Shown here one piece after another: positions 50,801-59,816 of a stretch of DNA of 64,000 bases. Each line of letters opens with the position of its first letter. The stretch's first letter is position 1. This stretch comes from an uncultured Acidobacteriota bacterium (GTDB lineage Bacteria > Acidobacteriota > Thermoanaerobaculia > Gp7-AA8). The translations under genes were made by a program, and so were the position numbers. Location: contig CAWGHO010000002.1 of the NCBI GenBank assembly GCA_963822445.1, forward strand, positions 2,368,001-2,432,000, given 5' to 3'. Below the pieces are notes generated by a model. That model was not told where the DNA came from, made no database searches, and worked only from the letters and a program-made list of their open reading frames with translations.

Positions 50801-52180
50801 TCATCTCCTTCGTGCCACGTTTCCCAGGCCGTCGTAGGCCGCGTATTTGTACGCCTCGCTGAGCGTCGGAAAGTTGAATACGCAGTCGATGAATGCATTC
50901 AGCGTTCCGCCGAACTGCATGACCATCATCCCGACGTGCAGAAGCTCCGAGGCATTCTCTCCGACGATGTGCACGCCGAGCAACTTCAGCGTCTCGCGCT
51001 CGAAGATGATCTTGATGAGTCCCTTCGTGTCGCCGATGATCTGCCCGCGCGCATTGTTGCGGTACAGCGCTCGCCCCACCTCGTAATCGACCTGCTGTTC
51101 CTTGCACTGCTCCTCAGTCAACCCGACCGTCGAAACCTCGGGGATCGTGTAAATCCCGTACGGCAGGATCGAGGCGACGCGCGTTTTGTACTTGAGATCG
51201 AAGGCGTGAACCATGGCCACGCGGGCCTGTTCCATCGACGTGGAAGCGAGTGACGGAAAGCCGATGACGTCGCCGGCTGCGTAGATGTTCGGGACGTTGG
51301 TCTGATAGCTCTCGTTGACCGTGAGCAAGCCGCGCTCGCCGGCTTTTACTCCCGCTGCTTCGAGGTTGAGCGTCCCGACGTTGCTCGTCCGTCCGGCAGC
51401 GTACAGAACCTTCTCCGCGACGACGGTCGAACCGCTTTTCAGAATCAGCGAGACCTGGCCGCCACTCTTAACCACGGAGTCGACTTCGCAGCCGAGGTGG
51501 GCGATGACGCCGACGCGGCTCTCCATTTCCCGAAGCAGCAGATTGCCGATCTCCCGATCGATGAAGGGCAGCAGGTAAGGGCGGTTGTTGATGAGATGCA
51601 CTTCCACGCCGAGGGCGGCGAAGATCGAGGCGTATTCGCAGCCGATGACACCTGCGCCGACGACGGCCAGCGATTGGGGGATGCGGTCGAGGGCGAGGAT
51701 GGTGTCGCTGTCGAGAATGTGCTCGTCGTCGAAGGGAACATTCGGCGGGCGGAAGGGGGAGGAGCCGGTGGCGATGAGGATGATCTCGCCGCGGAGAACC
51801 TGATCCCCCACTTCGACTTCATGCGCGGAACGAAATTTCGCCTCGCCGCGGAAACGCTCGACGTTGTGCCGCTTGAGGTTCTCGTCGATGCGATTCCATT
51901 CGCGCTCGACGACGATCTGCTTGCGATGCATGAAGTCGGCGACGGTGATGTTGCGCCGGAGCTGCACGTCGACCGCGGCCAAAAACCCGCGCTGGCGCAT
52001 GCCCGAAAGGTGCAGCGCCGACTCGCGGAGGGTCTTCGACGGAACAGTGCCCGTGTTGACGCAAGCGCCGCCAAGGACCGGCTCCCGCTCGATCAACGCA
52101 ACGCGCTTCCCGAACCACGCCGCCTGCGCCGCGCCCTTCTCACCGGCCGGTCCGGAGCCGATGACGATGAGGTCGAACAT
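50801..52180 (-). CDS. sthA: Soluble pyridine nucleotide transhydrogenase
   Basis: GSGPAG, GGACVNTGTVPSKTLRE (single Cys), YTIPE, FNFPTLSEAYKYAA. Confidence 0.92.
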   Translation of the reverse strand: MFDLIVIGSGPAGEKGAAQAAWFGKRVALIEREPVLGGACVNTGTVPSKTLRESALHLSGMRQRGFLAAVDVQLRRNITVADFMHRKQIVVEREWNRIDENLKRHNVERFRGEAKFRSAHEVEVGDQVLRGEIILIATGSSPFRPPNVPFDDEHILDSDTILALDRIPQSLAVVGAGVIGCEYASIFAALGVEVHLINNRPYLLPFIDREIGNLLLREMESRVGVIAHLGCEVDSVVKSGGQVSLILKSGSTVVAEKVLYAAGRTSNVGTLNLEAAGVKAGERGLLTVNESYQTNVPNIYAAGDVIGFPSLASTSMEQARVAMVHAFDLKYKTRVASILPYGIYTIPEVSTVGLTEEQCKEQQVDYEVGRALYRNNARGQIIGDTKGLIKIIFERETLKLLGVHIVGENASELLHVGMMVMQFGGTLNAFIDCVFNFPTLSEAYKYAAYDGLGNVARRR

Positions 52181-52263
52181 GTTGGGTTACTAGGTTACGG
52201 GGTTGCGGGGTTACGAGGTGGATGAAAAACCCCGTAACCCCGAGACCTCGTAACCCCGCAACT
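52181..52263. repeat. Octamer tandem-repeat hairpin, (GGTTACGG-like)n ... (CGTAACCC-like)n
   Basis: Inverted tandem octamers fill the apt-sthA gap. Confidence 0.8.
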
Positions 52264-52787
52264 CAATATCGCAATAGCGAATGAAACCTCACTCCCGGAT
52301 CCAGCTTCGCGCGTCCGCCCAGAAACTCCAGCTCGATCACCGTTGCGGCTCCGACGAGGTTTGCGCCGAAGCCAGAGGCGAGGGTGGTGGCGGCGATGAG
52401 CGTGCCGCCGGTGGCCAGGACGTCGTCGATGACCAGGACGCGATCGTCGGCGGTCAGGGCGTCGTCGTGGATCTCCAGCGCGTCTTTGCCGTACTCGAGG
52501 ACGTATTCGTGGCGCCGCGTGGTCCAGGGGAGCTTGCCCGGCTTGCGGATGGGGACGAAGCCGGCGCCGAGCATCTGCGCGACGATGCTGCCGAAGATGA
52601 AACCGCGGGATTCGATTCCAGCGACGGCGGTGACGTCGGCATCGCGGAACGGCTCGGCCAGAAGCTCGCAGGTGCGCTCGAGCGCTCGCGGCGATTTGAG
52701 GAGCGGGGTGATGTCCTTGAACATGATCCCCGGCTTCGGGAAGTCGGGGACGTCGCGGACGAAGGTGTGGAGCTGTTCGATCTGCAT
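52263..52787 (-). CDS. apt: Adenine phosphoribosyltransferase
   Basis: PDFPKPGIMFKDITPLL, ESRGF, RKPGKLP, IDDVLATGGT. Confidence 0.96.
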   Translation of the reverse strand: MQIEQLHTFVRDVPDFPKPGIMFKDITPLLKSPRALERTCELLAEPFRDADVTAVAGIESRGFIFGSIVAQMLGAGFVPIRKPGKLPWTTRRHEYVLEYGKDALEIHDDALTADDRVLVIDDVLATGGTLIAATTLASGFGANLVGAATVIELEFLGGRAKLDPGVRFHSLLRY

Positions 52788-53062
52788 CAGAACTTCACAT
52801 CGAAGTCCGGCAGCTTGCCGGTGAAATCCTTCGACTCCTGATCGATCGACGTGACCTCGGCGTACCGCGGTCCTTCCTTCAACTCCTCGAGCCACTCATC
52901 GATGGCCTTCTTCTCACCTTCGACGAGCGCCTCGACCGTGCCGTCGCGGTTGTTCTGAATCCAGCCCTTGAGGCCCATGCGACGTGCGACGCGCGTGGCG
53001 AAGAAACGGTACCCGACGCCCTGCACTTTGCCGTTGATCTTGACGTGCCGCTGTTCCTTCAT
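52787..53062 (-). CDS. acyP: Acylphosphatase
   Basis: GKVQGVGYR, GWIQNNRDGTVE. Confidence 0.95.
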   Translation of the reverse strand: MKEQRHVKINGKVQGVGYRFFATRVARRMGLKGWIQNNRDGTVEALVEGEKKAIDEWLEELKEGPRYAEVTSIDQESKDFTGKLPDFDVKF

Positions 53063-53083
53063 GAGGCGGGGATGATAGCAGGC

Positions 53084-53554
53084 TCACCGCCGGCGCTTGG
53101 TCGTCTTCTTCTTCGCCGGTGGCTTCCTCGACGGCGTGATTTTCAGGACCGGTTTTGGAGCAGGCGGCGGCGCCTGCACGGTCACGACTTTCGGCGGAGC
53201 GTTGCGGATGTCGGTGACGCTTTTCTGGAGGTCGGCGATCAGCTTGTTCTGCTGCGCGGTCTGCGTGCGGAGCAGGGCCAGCTCGCGCTCGACTTTCTGG
53301 CGATCGGCCTCGGTCAGCGCGATCAGGGCGATCGTCGCCGCGGCCGCGGCATCGGTGCGCGGGTATTGCTGCACGATCGAGGAGAGCTTCTTCCGCGCGT
53401 CGGCGTTGTTCTTCTTCTCGATATCGGCCTTTGCGTCCTTGAGCAGCGAATCGGCGCGAAGGTCGTTGGGGACGGACAGCATCAGGTAGACGACCACCGC
53501 GCCGAGAATGGACGAGACGATCCCGGTGAGGATGAGAAGGGGTTTGATTCTCAT
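53084..53554 (-). CDS. Membrane-anchored TPR-like/coiled-coil protein with basic tail
   Basis: N-terminal TM; IVQQYPRT TPR-like motif; Pro/Lys-rich C-terminus. Confidence 0.65.
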   Translation of the reverse strand: MRIKPLLILTGIVSSILGAVVVYLMLSVPNDLRADSLLKDAKADIEKKNNADARKKLSSIVQQYPRTDAAAAATIALIALTEADRQKVERELALLRTQTAQQNKLIADLQKSVTDIRNAPPKVVTVQAPPPAPKPVLKITPSRKPPAKKKTTKRRR

Positions 53555-53561
53555 GACGGGA

Positions 53562-54242
53562 TTACTCCCGCCAGCCGAACTTGCCCACCAGCGGAACGAA
53601 CTCCGCGTCGCCGTGGTCCTCGACTTTGATCCCCGTGCCAACGCGCGTCACCCGCGCGAGACGTTGCTTGCCGGTCGGGCCGATCGGCATCACCAGCTTG
53701 CCGGTGCGCACGAGCTGCTGCACCAGCGGCTCGGGCACTTCCGGCCCGGCCGCGGCGATGATGATCCGGTCGAAAGGCGCCTGATCCGACCAGCCGTACG
53801 TCCCATCGAACACCTTCACGGAGATGTTGTGAATCCTCAGGGCGCGGAACGTCTCTGACGCTCGCAGCGCCAGTTCGTTGATCCGTTCGATGGTGAAGAC
53901 TCTCGTACACAGCTTCGACAGTACTGCCGCCTGATATCCCGTTCCCGTGCCAATCTCCAGGACCTTTTCCTTCCCGCTGAGCTCGAGCAGCTCGATCATG
54001 CGGGCCACGATGTAGGGCTGGGAGATGGTCTGCTTCGCGCCGATCGGCAGCGCGCCGGGGCCGTAGGCCTTCGACGCGACGACCTGGGGGACGAAGCGAT
54101 GGCGGGGGACCTCGCGCATGGCGTCGAGGATCCGCTTGTCCTGAATGCCGCGCGCGGCCACGTGCCGCTCCACCATGAGCGCCCGCTGGTGGGCGTGCTC
54201 GCGCTCCTGATCAGCGTTTCGCGGCGGCGGCGAAGTGGCCAA
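53562..54242 (-). CDS. pcm: Protein-L-isoaspartate O-methyltransferase
   Basis: VPRHRF, QTISQPY, LEIGTGTGYQAA, FVPL. Confidence 0.95.
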   Translation of the reverse strand: MATSPPPRNADQEREHAHQRALMVERHVAARGIQDKRILDAMREVPRHRFVPQVVASKAYGPGALPIGAKQTISQPYIVARMIELLELSGKEKVLEIGTGTGYQAAVLSKLCTRVFTIERINELALRASETFRALRIHNISVKVFDGTYGWSDQAPFDRIIIAAAGPEVPEPLVQQLVRTGKLVMPIGPTGKQRLARVTRVGTGIKVEDHGDAEFVPLVGKFGWRE

Positions 54243-54981
54243 GGGTCTCCTCGAGCGGCTTGAGTCGAACGAGCGACTCGTGATGGGTCAGGTCGAGGTG
54301 CAGCGGGGTGATGGAGATGTAGCCGGCCTGGATGGCCTCGAAGTCCGTGTCTTCGCCGGGATGCCAGATCGGAGGCTCGCCGCCGATCCAGTAGTACTTG
54401 CGGCCGCGGGGATCGAGGCGCTCGATGACCCCTTCCGAATAGATGCGCTTGCCGAGCTTGGCGACTTTCACGCCGGCGAACTCACCGACGGGGAAGTTCA
54501 CGTTGAGGACGATGCTCGGGTCTTTGTGCTGCTCGAGCATCACCTTGACCAGCTCCCCCGCGAACTGCGCGCAGGGATCGAACGAAAAGTGCTTGCCGAC
54601 CAGCGCCGAGAAGGCGATGGAGGGGATGTTCAGCAGCGCGCCTTCGAACGCCGCGGAGATCGTGCCGGAGTAGGTCACATCGTCGCCGAGGTTCGGGCCG
54701 AAGTTGATGCCGGAGACGACCAGGTCGGGCCGCTTTTCCTTCATCAGCTTGAGCACGGCCAGGTTCACGCAGTCGCTGGGCGTGCCGTCGACGACCCACT
54801 CGTTCGTCTCCACTTCCAGGAGCCGCAGCGGCCGATTGAGGGTCAGCGCGTGCGACGCGGCGCTCTGCTCGCGGTCGGGCGCGACGATGGTGACGTCGCC
54901 GAGGAGGCGGCAGGCGTCGGCCAGCTTGCGCAGACCTTCGCTGTAGATCCCGTCGTCGTTGGTGACCAGAATGCGGGGCAT
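54211..54981 (-). CDS. surE: 5'/3'-nucleotidase SurE
   Basis: ILVTNDDG, GTPSDCV, VSGINFGPN, YSGT, SITPL. Confidence 0.96.
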   Translation of the reverse strand: MPRILVTNDDGIYSEGLRKLADACRLLGDVTIVAPDREQSAASHALTLNRPLRLLEVETNEWVVDGTPSDCVNLAVLKLMKEKRPDLVVSGINFGPNLGDDVTYSGTISAAFEGALLNIPSIAFSALVGKHFSFDPCAQFAGELVKVMLEQHKDPSIVLNVNFPVGEFAGVKVAKLGKRIYSEGVIERLDPRGRKYYWIGGEPPIWHPGEDTDFEAIQAGYISITPLHLDLTHHESLVRLKPLEETLGHFAAAAKR

Positions 54982-55024
54982 GGACGCGCGGATGATATCA
55001 ACGGGTGGGCGTCGTTCAGGCGCC

Positions 55025-55153
55025 TCATCGCGGCGACGCTTGGTGCTGGCGCTGGATCATGACCAACGTCTTGTGCAGATGCGTCATCACCAGCGCGAAC
55101 CCGAGCAGGAGCAGCAGGCCCATGATGCGCACCGCCCACTTGTTGTAGTTCAT
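55025..55153 (-). CDS. Small single-TM protein (42 aa), absent from the ORF track
   Basis: MNYNKWAVRIMGLLLLLGFALVMTHLHKTLVMIQRQHQASPR; ATGA overlap with the pdxA stop. Confidence 0.65.
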   Translation of the reverse strand: MNYNKWAVRIMGLLLLLGFALVMTHLHKTLVMIQRQHQASPR

Positions 55154-56004
55154 CGCGCGAACCTCGCCGCCCATTCGATCGCATAGCGCATCGGCGCCGC
55201 GTCGGCGATGCCTTTGCCGGCGATGTCGAAGGCCGTGCCGTGATCGACGGACACGCGCAGGTACGGCAGGCCGATGGTCACGTTGACGGACTGTTCGAAA
55301 GCGAGGGTCTTGATGGGGATCAGCCCCTGGTCGTGGTACATGGCCAGGACCACATCGTACCTGCCATTCGTGGCCGCGAGAAAGACGGTGTCCGGCGGAT
55401 GCGGCCCGCTGACCTCCAGGCCCGCCGCGCGGGCGAGCTCCACTCCGTGAGCGATCTCCGTTTCCTCGTCCCCGAACTTTCCCCCTTCACCCGCATGCGG
55501 ATTCACACCCGCGACGGCGATGCGCGGCGCGGCGCCGTAGAGCCGCGCGTATTCGCGAGTCATCAGCTTCGCCAGCGCGGCGATCGATTCGGCATCGATC
55601 AGCGTCAAAGCCTCGCGCAAGGGCACGTGCACGCTGAGCAGGACGGTCTTGAGACGCGGCGAGTCGAAGTACATCGCGTAGTCGTACGCGTATCGCTTCA
55701 AACCTGCGCGTTCAGCCAGCAGCTCCGTGTGTCCTGGATGCGTCGACCCGGCCAGGGCGATCGATTGCTTGTGAATGGGGGCGGTGACCAGCGCCGAGCA
55801 TTCGCCGCGCTCGATCGCACCGATGGCCTCATCGATTGCGTTCAGCGCGACGCGGCCGTACTCCGCGGAGATCTCGCCGTAGCGCACCGGCCCGGAGATC
55901 GCGCCGAACAAGCGCACGGGGACGTCCAGACCAGAGAGGGCCTTCTCGACGACTTCCGCTCCGATGCCGGCCGGGTCGCCGAGGGTGATGGCGAGGGGCT
56001 TCAC
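55150..56004 (-). CDS. pdxA: 4-hydroxythreonine-4-phosphate dehydrogenase PdxA family
   Basis: GDPAGIG, TAPIHK, GHTE, NPHAGE, MYHDQG, SVDHGTA. Confidence 0.93.
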   Translation of the reverse strand: MKPLAITLGDPAGIGAEVVEKALSGLDVPVRLFGAISGPVRYGEISAEYGRVALNAIDEAIGAIERGECSALVTAPIHKQSIALAGSTHPGHTELLAERAGLKRYAYDYAMYFDSPRLKTVLLSVHVPLREALTLIDAESIAALAKLMTREYARLYGAAPRIAVAGVNPHAGEGGKFGDEETEIAHGVELARAAGLEVSGPHPPDTVFLAATNGRYDVVLAMYHDQGLIPIKTLAFEQSVNVTIGLPYLRVSVDHGTAFDIAGKGIADAAPMRYAIEWAARFAR

Positions 56005-56019
56005 ACCGCGATCTTAGCT

Positions 56020-56126
56020 GGAACGCTGGCGTCCTCGCCGGCTGTACCGCAGGCGTCTCGCCGGCTTCTCTCCGTGGTGCCGGCGGGACGCCGGCGCAAC
56101 AGCCGGCGAGGACGCCAGCGCTCCGG
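56020..56126. repeat. REP-like nested palindrome cluster
   Basis: GGAACGCTGGCGTCCTCGCCGGCTGT ... ACAGCCGGCGAGGACGCCAGCGCTCC inverted arms with an inner GCGTCTCGCCGGC/GCCGGCGGGACGC pair. Confidence 0.8.
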
Positions 56127-56168
56127 ATGCAGGCGCCTGCGCTCCGGGCGAGCGCCGTTCCGGCGGCG

Positions 56169-56531
56169 TTACGCGGTCGTGAGCTCTTCCTGCTTGAACA
56201 GGTACTTGATGCAGTGCTTCTGAATCAGCAGGTTCGGCGCGCCTTCGCGGTTCACCTTCAGGCAGGACTTGTCGTACCACTCGATCCAGCCCTGGATCTG
56301 TTCGCCGTCGGTCATGACGATGACCATCGGCGTCTTGGAGTTCATCTGCTTGAGGTAGTAGAAATTCTCGGCGTTGGTGTTCTCGGGCGGCGCGGCCTTG
56401 GCGTAGCGGCCGCCGTTTCCGTTGCCGTTTCCATTCGGCTTAGCGCGCTTGAAGTCCGTGAACGACCGGAACGCCCGCCTTCCGTTGACCTGGTTGCCTT
56501 CCACTTCATGCGGTCTGCTGGACACTGGCAT
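56169..56531 (-). CDS. Hfq/Sm-like RNA chaperone with N-terminal extension
   Basis: [20 protein letters not shown]...[10 protein letters not shown] Sm1/Sm2-like pattern; GGAGG SD before 56531. Confidence 0.75.
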   Translation of the reverse strand: MPVSSRPHEVEGNQVNGRRAFRSFTDFKRAKPNGNGNGNGGRYAKAAPPENTNAENFYYLKQMNSKTPMVIVMTDGEQIQGWIEWYDKSCLKVNREGAPNLLIQKHCIKYLFKQEELTTA

Positions 56532-56723
56532 CGCCGACCTCCGTTTTCCCCGCGCCTTTTTTGGTGAACCCTTTGTGTTGCGCAAGCGCACTGCGAACCG
56601 CGTGCCGTTGTTGCGGCGGATGCCCGTTTTACCTAGAATGGCCGCCCGATTTGGGGTTGCTTCTTCCCGCCAGGCAACCCAGCAACCCAGCTACCTAGCA
56701 ACCAGGGATTTCTGGAGGTTCGA

Positions 56724-57503
56724 TTGAGCTCCGTCGTTTGCATCAGCCACGTTCCCGATACCGAGTCGCGCATCAAAGTCGCGGCGGACGGTCGCAAGAT
56801 CGACGAGACCGGTCTGAAGTTCATCGTCTCGCCATATGACGAGTTCGCGCTCGAAGAAGCCATCCGCCTGAAGGAAAAGTCGGGCGGCGACGTCACGGTC
56901 ATCACCTTCGGTCCCGATCGCGCGCAGCAGGGCCTGCGCGAGGCGCTGGCCCGCGGCGCCACGAAAGCCCTGCACGTGAAAGGCGAGTCGAGCGACGCGG
57001 ACTCCCTCGGCGTCGCCAAGGTCCTCGCCGCGGCCATCAAGACCGTCGAGCACGATCTCGTGTTCCTCGGCAAGCAGGGCGTCGGCACGGACAACGCCCT
57101 GGTCGGCCCGATGCTCGCGGAGCTGCTCGGCTATCCGCAGGTCAACGTCATCACGCATCTCGAGATCGGCGAAGGCAAGCTGACCGCGCATCGCGAGATC
57201 GAGGGCGCGGAAGAAGTAATCGAGGCGCCGACGCCGGCGGTCGTGACCGCGCAGAAGGGCCTCAACGAGCCGCGTTACGCGTCGCTCAAAGGGATCATGG
57301 CCGCGAAGAAGATCGCCATCGACACGAAGACAGTCGCCGACCTCGGCCTCGACGAAGCCGATGTCTTCAACCAGCGCGTGAGCGTCGTGAAGCTCGAGAT
57401 GCCCGCCGAGAAGAGCGGCGGCCGGAAGATCGACGGCGCCGACGCGGCCGCGGCGGCGAAAGAGATCGTGAAGTACATCAAAGAAGAAGCGAAGGCGCTG
57501 TAG
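56724..57503 (+). CDS. etfB: Electron transfer flavoprotein beta subunit
   Basis: VPDT, YDEFALEEA, GKQ, NEPRYASLKGIM. Confidence 0.93.
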   Translation: MSSVVCISHVPDTESRIKVAADGRKIDETGLKFIVSPYDEFALEEAIRLKEKSGGDVTVITFGPDRAQQGLREALARGATKALHVKGESSDADSLGVAKVLAAAIKTVEHDLVFLGKQGVGTDNALVGPMLAELLGYPQVNVITHLEIGEGKLTAHREIEGAEEVIEAPTPAVVTAQKGLNEPRYASLKGIMAAKKIAIDTKTVADLGLDEADVFNQRVSVVKLEMPAEKSGGRKIDGADAAAAAKEIVKYIKEEAKAL

Positions 57504-57512
57504 GAGACCGAC

Positions 57513-58466
57513 ATGCCTGGTGTTCTCGTTTTCACCGAATCAAAAGAAGGCAGGCTGAAGAAAGCCTCGCGTGAAGCACTGTCGATCGGCCGCAAACTGG
57601 CCGAGGCCGCAGGCGGAGATCTGATCGCTTTCGCCAGCGACACCGGTGCGGCCGAGGAAGCGGGCAAGTACGGCGCGAAGAAGGTCTACGTCGGCGGCTC
57701 GGCGCAATACACGACCGAGGCGTTCACCGCGGATCTCGTGCAGGTCGCGAAGGACGTGCAGCCCGCGATTCTGTTGCTGGGCGGCACTTCGAACGGACGC
57801 GATCTCGCGCCGCGCGTCGCCGCACGGCTGAACGTCGGCGTGGCCTCGGATGTCGATCGCCTCGAGTGGACCGACGGCAAGTTGCGCGCGCGGCGCCCCG
57901 TGTACTCCGGCAAGGTCTTCGCGACCGTCGACGTGACAGGGACTCCCGCCATCGCCACGACGCGTCCCAACGCGTTTCCTGCAGAAGAAGCGGGCGGCGG
58001 TGCGGCGGAGGTCGTTAACGTGACGTCGTCCGCTGCCGATCGCGTGAAGGTCGTGGAGACAAAGACTCCGGAAGCCGGCGAGCTGTCGATCGCCGAAGCG
58101 GACATCATCGTCAGCGGCGGGCGCGGTCTGAAGGAAGCGACGAACTTCTCGGTGATTCGGGATCTCGCGCATGCCATCGGCGGCGCGGTCGGCGCATCAC
58201 GCGCGACGGTGGACGCGGGATGGATCGATCACCAGCACCAGGTCGGCCAGACCGGCCGCGTGGTCAGCCCGAACGTCTACATCGCCGCGGGCGTGTCAGG
58301 CGCGATTCAGCACCTGGCGGGCATGTCGTCGTCGAAGCACATCATCGCCATCAACAAGGATCCCGAGGCGCCGATCTTCCGCATCGCCGACCTGGGCGTG
58401 GTTGGAGATCTCTTCCAGATCCTGCCGGCGCTGACCGAGGAAGTGAAGAAAGCGAAAGCGCACTAA
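57513..58466 (+). CDS. etfA: Electron transfer flavoprotein alpha subunit
   Basis: IVSGGRG, GASRA, QVGQTG, GVSGAIQHLAGM, AINKD. Confidence 0.96.
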   Translation: MPGVLVFTESKEGRLKKASREALSIGRKLAEAAGGDLIAFASDTGAAEEAGKYGAKKVYVGGSAQYTTEAFTADLVQVAKDVQPAILLLGGTSNGRDLAPRVAARLNVGVASDVDRLEWTDGKLRARRPVYSGKVFATVDVTGTPAIATTRPNAFPAEEAGGGAAEVVNVTSSAADRVKVVETKTPEAGELSIAEADIIVSGGRGLKEATNFSVIRDLAHAIGGAVGASRATVDAGWIDHQHQVGQTGRVVSPNVYIAAGVSGAIQHLAGMSSSKHIIAINKDPEAPIFRIADLGVVGDLFQILPALTEEVKKAKAH

Positions 58467-58990
58467 GGCTGCGGCGGGGGAGGCGGCGTCGGGCTATCGG
58501 GCGAACCGTACGGGCCTTCACCCTCGACCAGCGATTCGGTGAGAGCCATGCCCGCGCCGATGGACGACGGAATGGCGTTCTCCTCGGCACCGCAGTTCAT
58601 CGTGATCTTGATGACGTGACGCGCGAACGGTGACTCGCAGTTGGCGCTCACGCGCGAACGGTACATGCGCGCGCTGCGGGCCATGACCTGGCGTCCGTCG
58701 AGGAGCACGAAGAAGTATTCGATCTCGTCGCCGTTATCGAACTTCGGAAGGACCACGCGCGAGAGCGGACCTTCGTTCGTTCCCTCCACCGAGCACCAGT
58801 CGGTGGTGTTCACGCGGCGGAAGTAGGCGCGAAGCTCGCCCTCGCCGGCCACGTCGACCTGCAGGAGCGCGAGCTCACCGCCTTTGACGCAGCTGATCGG
58901 GGAGAACGTCAGGACAGGCTTCTGCGGCTGTGCACCGGCGGTGAGCGCGGCGACAGCAACGAGAGCGATGAGCACGATGCGAGTCTTCAT
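58463..58990 (-). CDS. Secreted hypothetical protein
   Basis: Signal peptide MKTRIVLIALVAVAALTAGA; four Cys. Confidence 0.7.
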   Translation of the reverse strand: MKTRIVLIALVAVAALTAGAQPQKPVLTFSPISCVKGGELALLQVDVAGEGELRAYFRRVNTTDWCSVEGTNEGPLSRVVLPKFDNGDEIEYFFVLLDGRQVMARSARMYRSRVSANCESPFARHVIKITMNCGAEENAIPSSIGAGMALTESLVEGEGPYGSPDSPTPPPPPQP

Positions 58991-59027
58991 GGTGGGTTCC
59001 CCGATTAGCGACGTCGAAAATTCTACG

Positions 59028-59816
59028 TCACCTGGGTCCGAAAAACCCCAGTAACCGTGTGAAAAATCCGCGAGTTGGCTGAAGTTCGGGCTCCGGCTCG
59101 TACTCCAGACGGCGATTTTCGACCACGGCGGCCGGATTGCGCCGAAAAAGAGCGTCCGCGACCGTGTCCCCGGCAATGGCGCGCAAGGCCGCGATCGCTG
59201 CCTGAACCTTGGGTGGCCGCTTCGACGTGTTGTGAGCGTCGGTCGCCACGAAATGCACGAGTCCGGCATTTACCCAAGCCTCTGCGGCCCGTTGCGCGGA
59301 GCTGCCGAACTCGCCGGTCAGGCTGCCGGCGGTGATCTGCATCCGCGCCCCGATCTCGATCAGCGACGCCAGCAGTTCCGGCTTCGCCTGAAAGACGATG
59401 TTCCGCTCGGGATGGGCAATGATCGGTATCCATCCGTCGAGCTGCATGCGGTACAGCGGCTGATCGAGAAGCGGGGGGACGTTGTTCGAGGCGAGCTCGA
59501 TCAGGACGTACCGGCTCCCGGCCAGCGGCACGATCGCGTTTCCGGCGCGAAGGACGTCCGCGACGTCGTGACCGAAAAAGTATTCGGATCCGAGGAGCAG
59601 TCGCGGTGTTGCGCCGACCTTGTCGCGAAGCGTGGCGATGCGCGCCTCGAGCTCGGCGATCGGCGCCGTGCGCCAACGGCCGCGAAGGACGTGAGGAGTG
59701 GCCACGATCGTCTCGATGCCTTCGTCAGCGGCCATCCGGCACATCGCCACTGCTTCATCCCACTCGCGCGGGCCGTCATCGACGTCGGGAAGGCAGTGGT
59801 GGTGAATGTCGATCAC
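59028..59816 (-). CDS. PHP-family tyrosine phosphatase (CpsB/CapC/YwqE)
   Basis: IDIHHHCLP..DDG, ATPH, IAHPERN, ATDAH. Confidence 0.93.
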   Translation of the reverse strand: MIDIHHHCLPDVDDGPREWDEAVAMCRMAADEGIETIVATPHVLRGRWRTAPIAELEARIATLRDKVGATPRLLLGSEYFFGHDVADVLRAGNAIVPLAGSRYVLIELASNNVPPLLDQPLYRMQLDGWIPIIAHPERNIVFQAKPELLASLIEIGARMQITAGSLTGEFGSSAQRAAEAWVNAGLVHFVATDAHNTSKRPPKVQAAIAALRAIAGDTVADALFRRNPAAVVENRRLEYEPEPELQPTRGFFTRLLGFFGPR

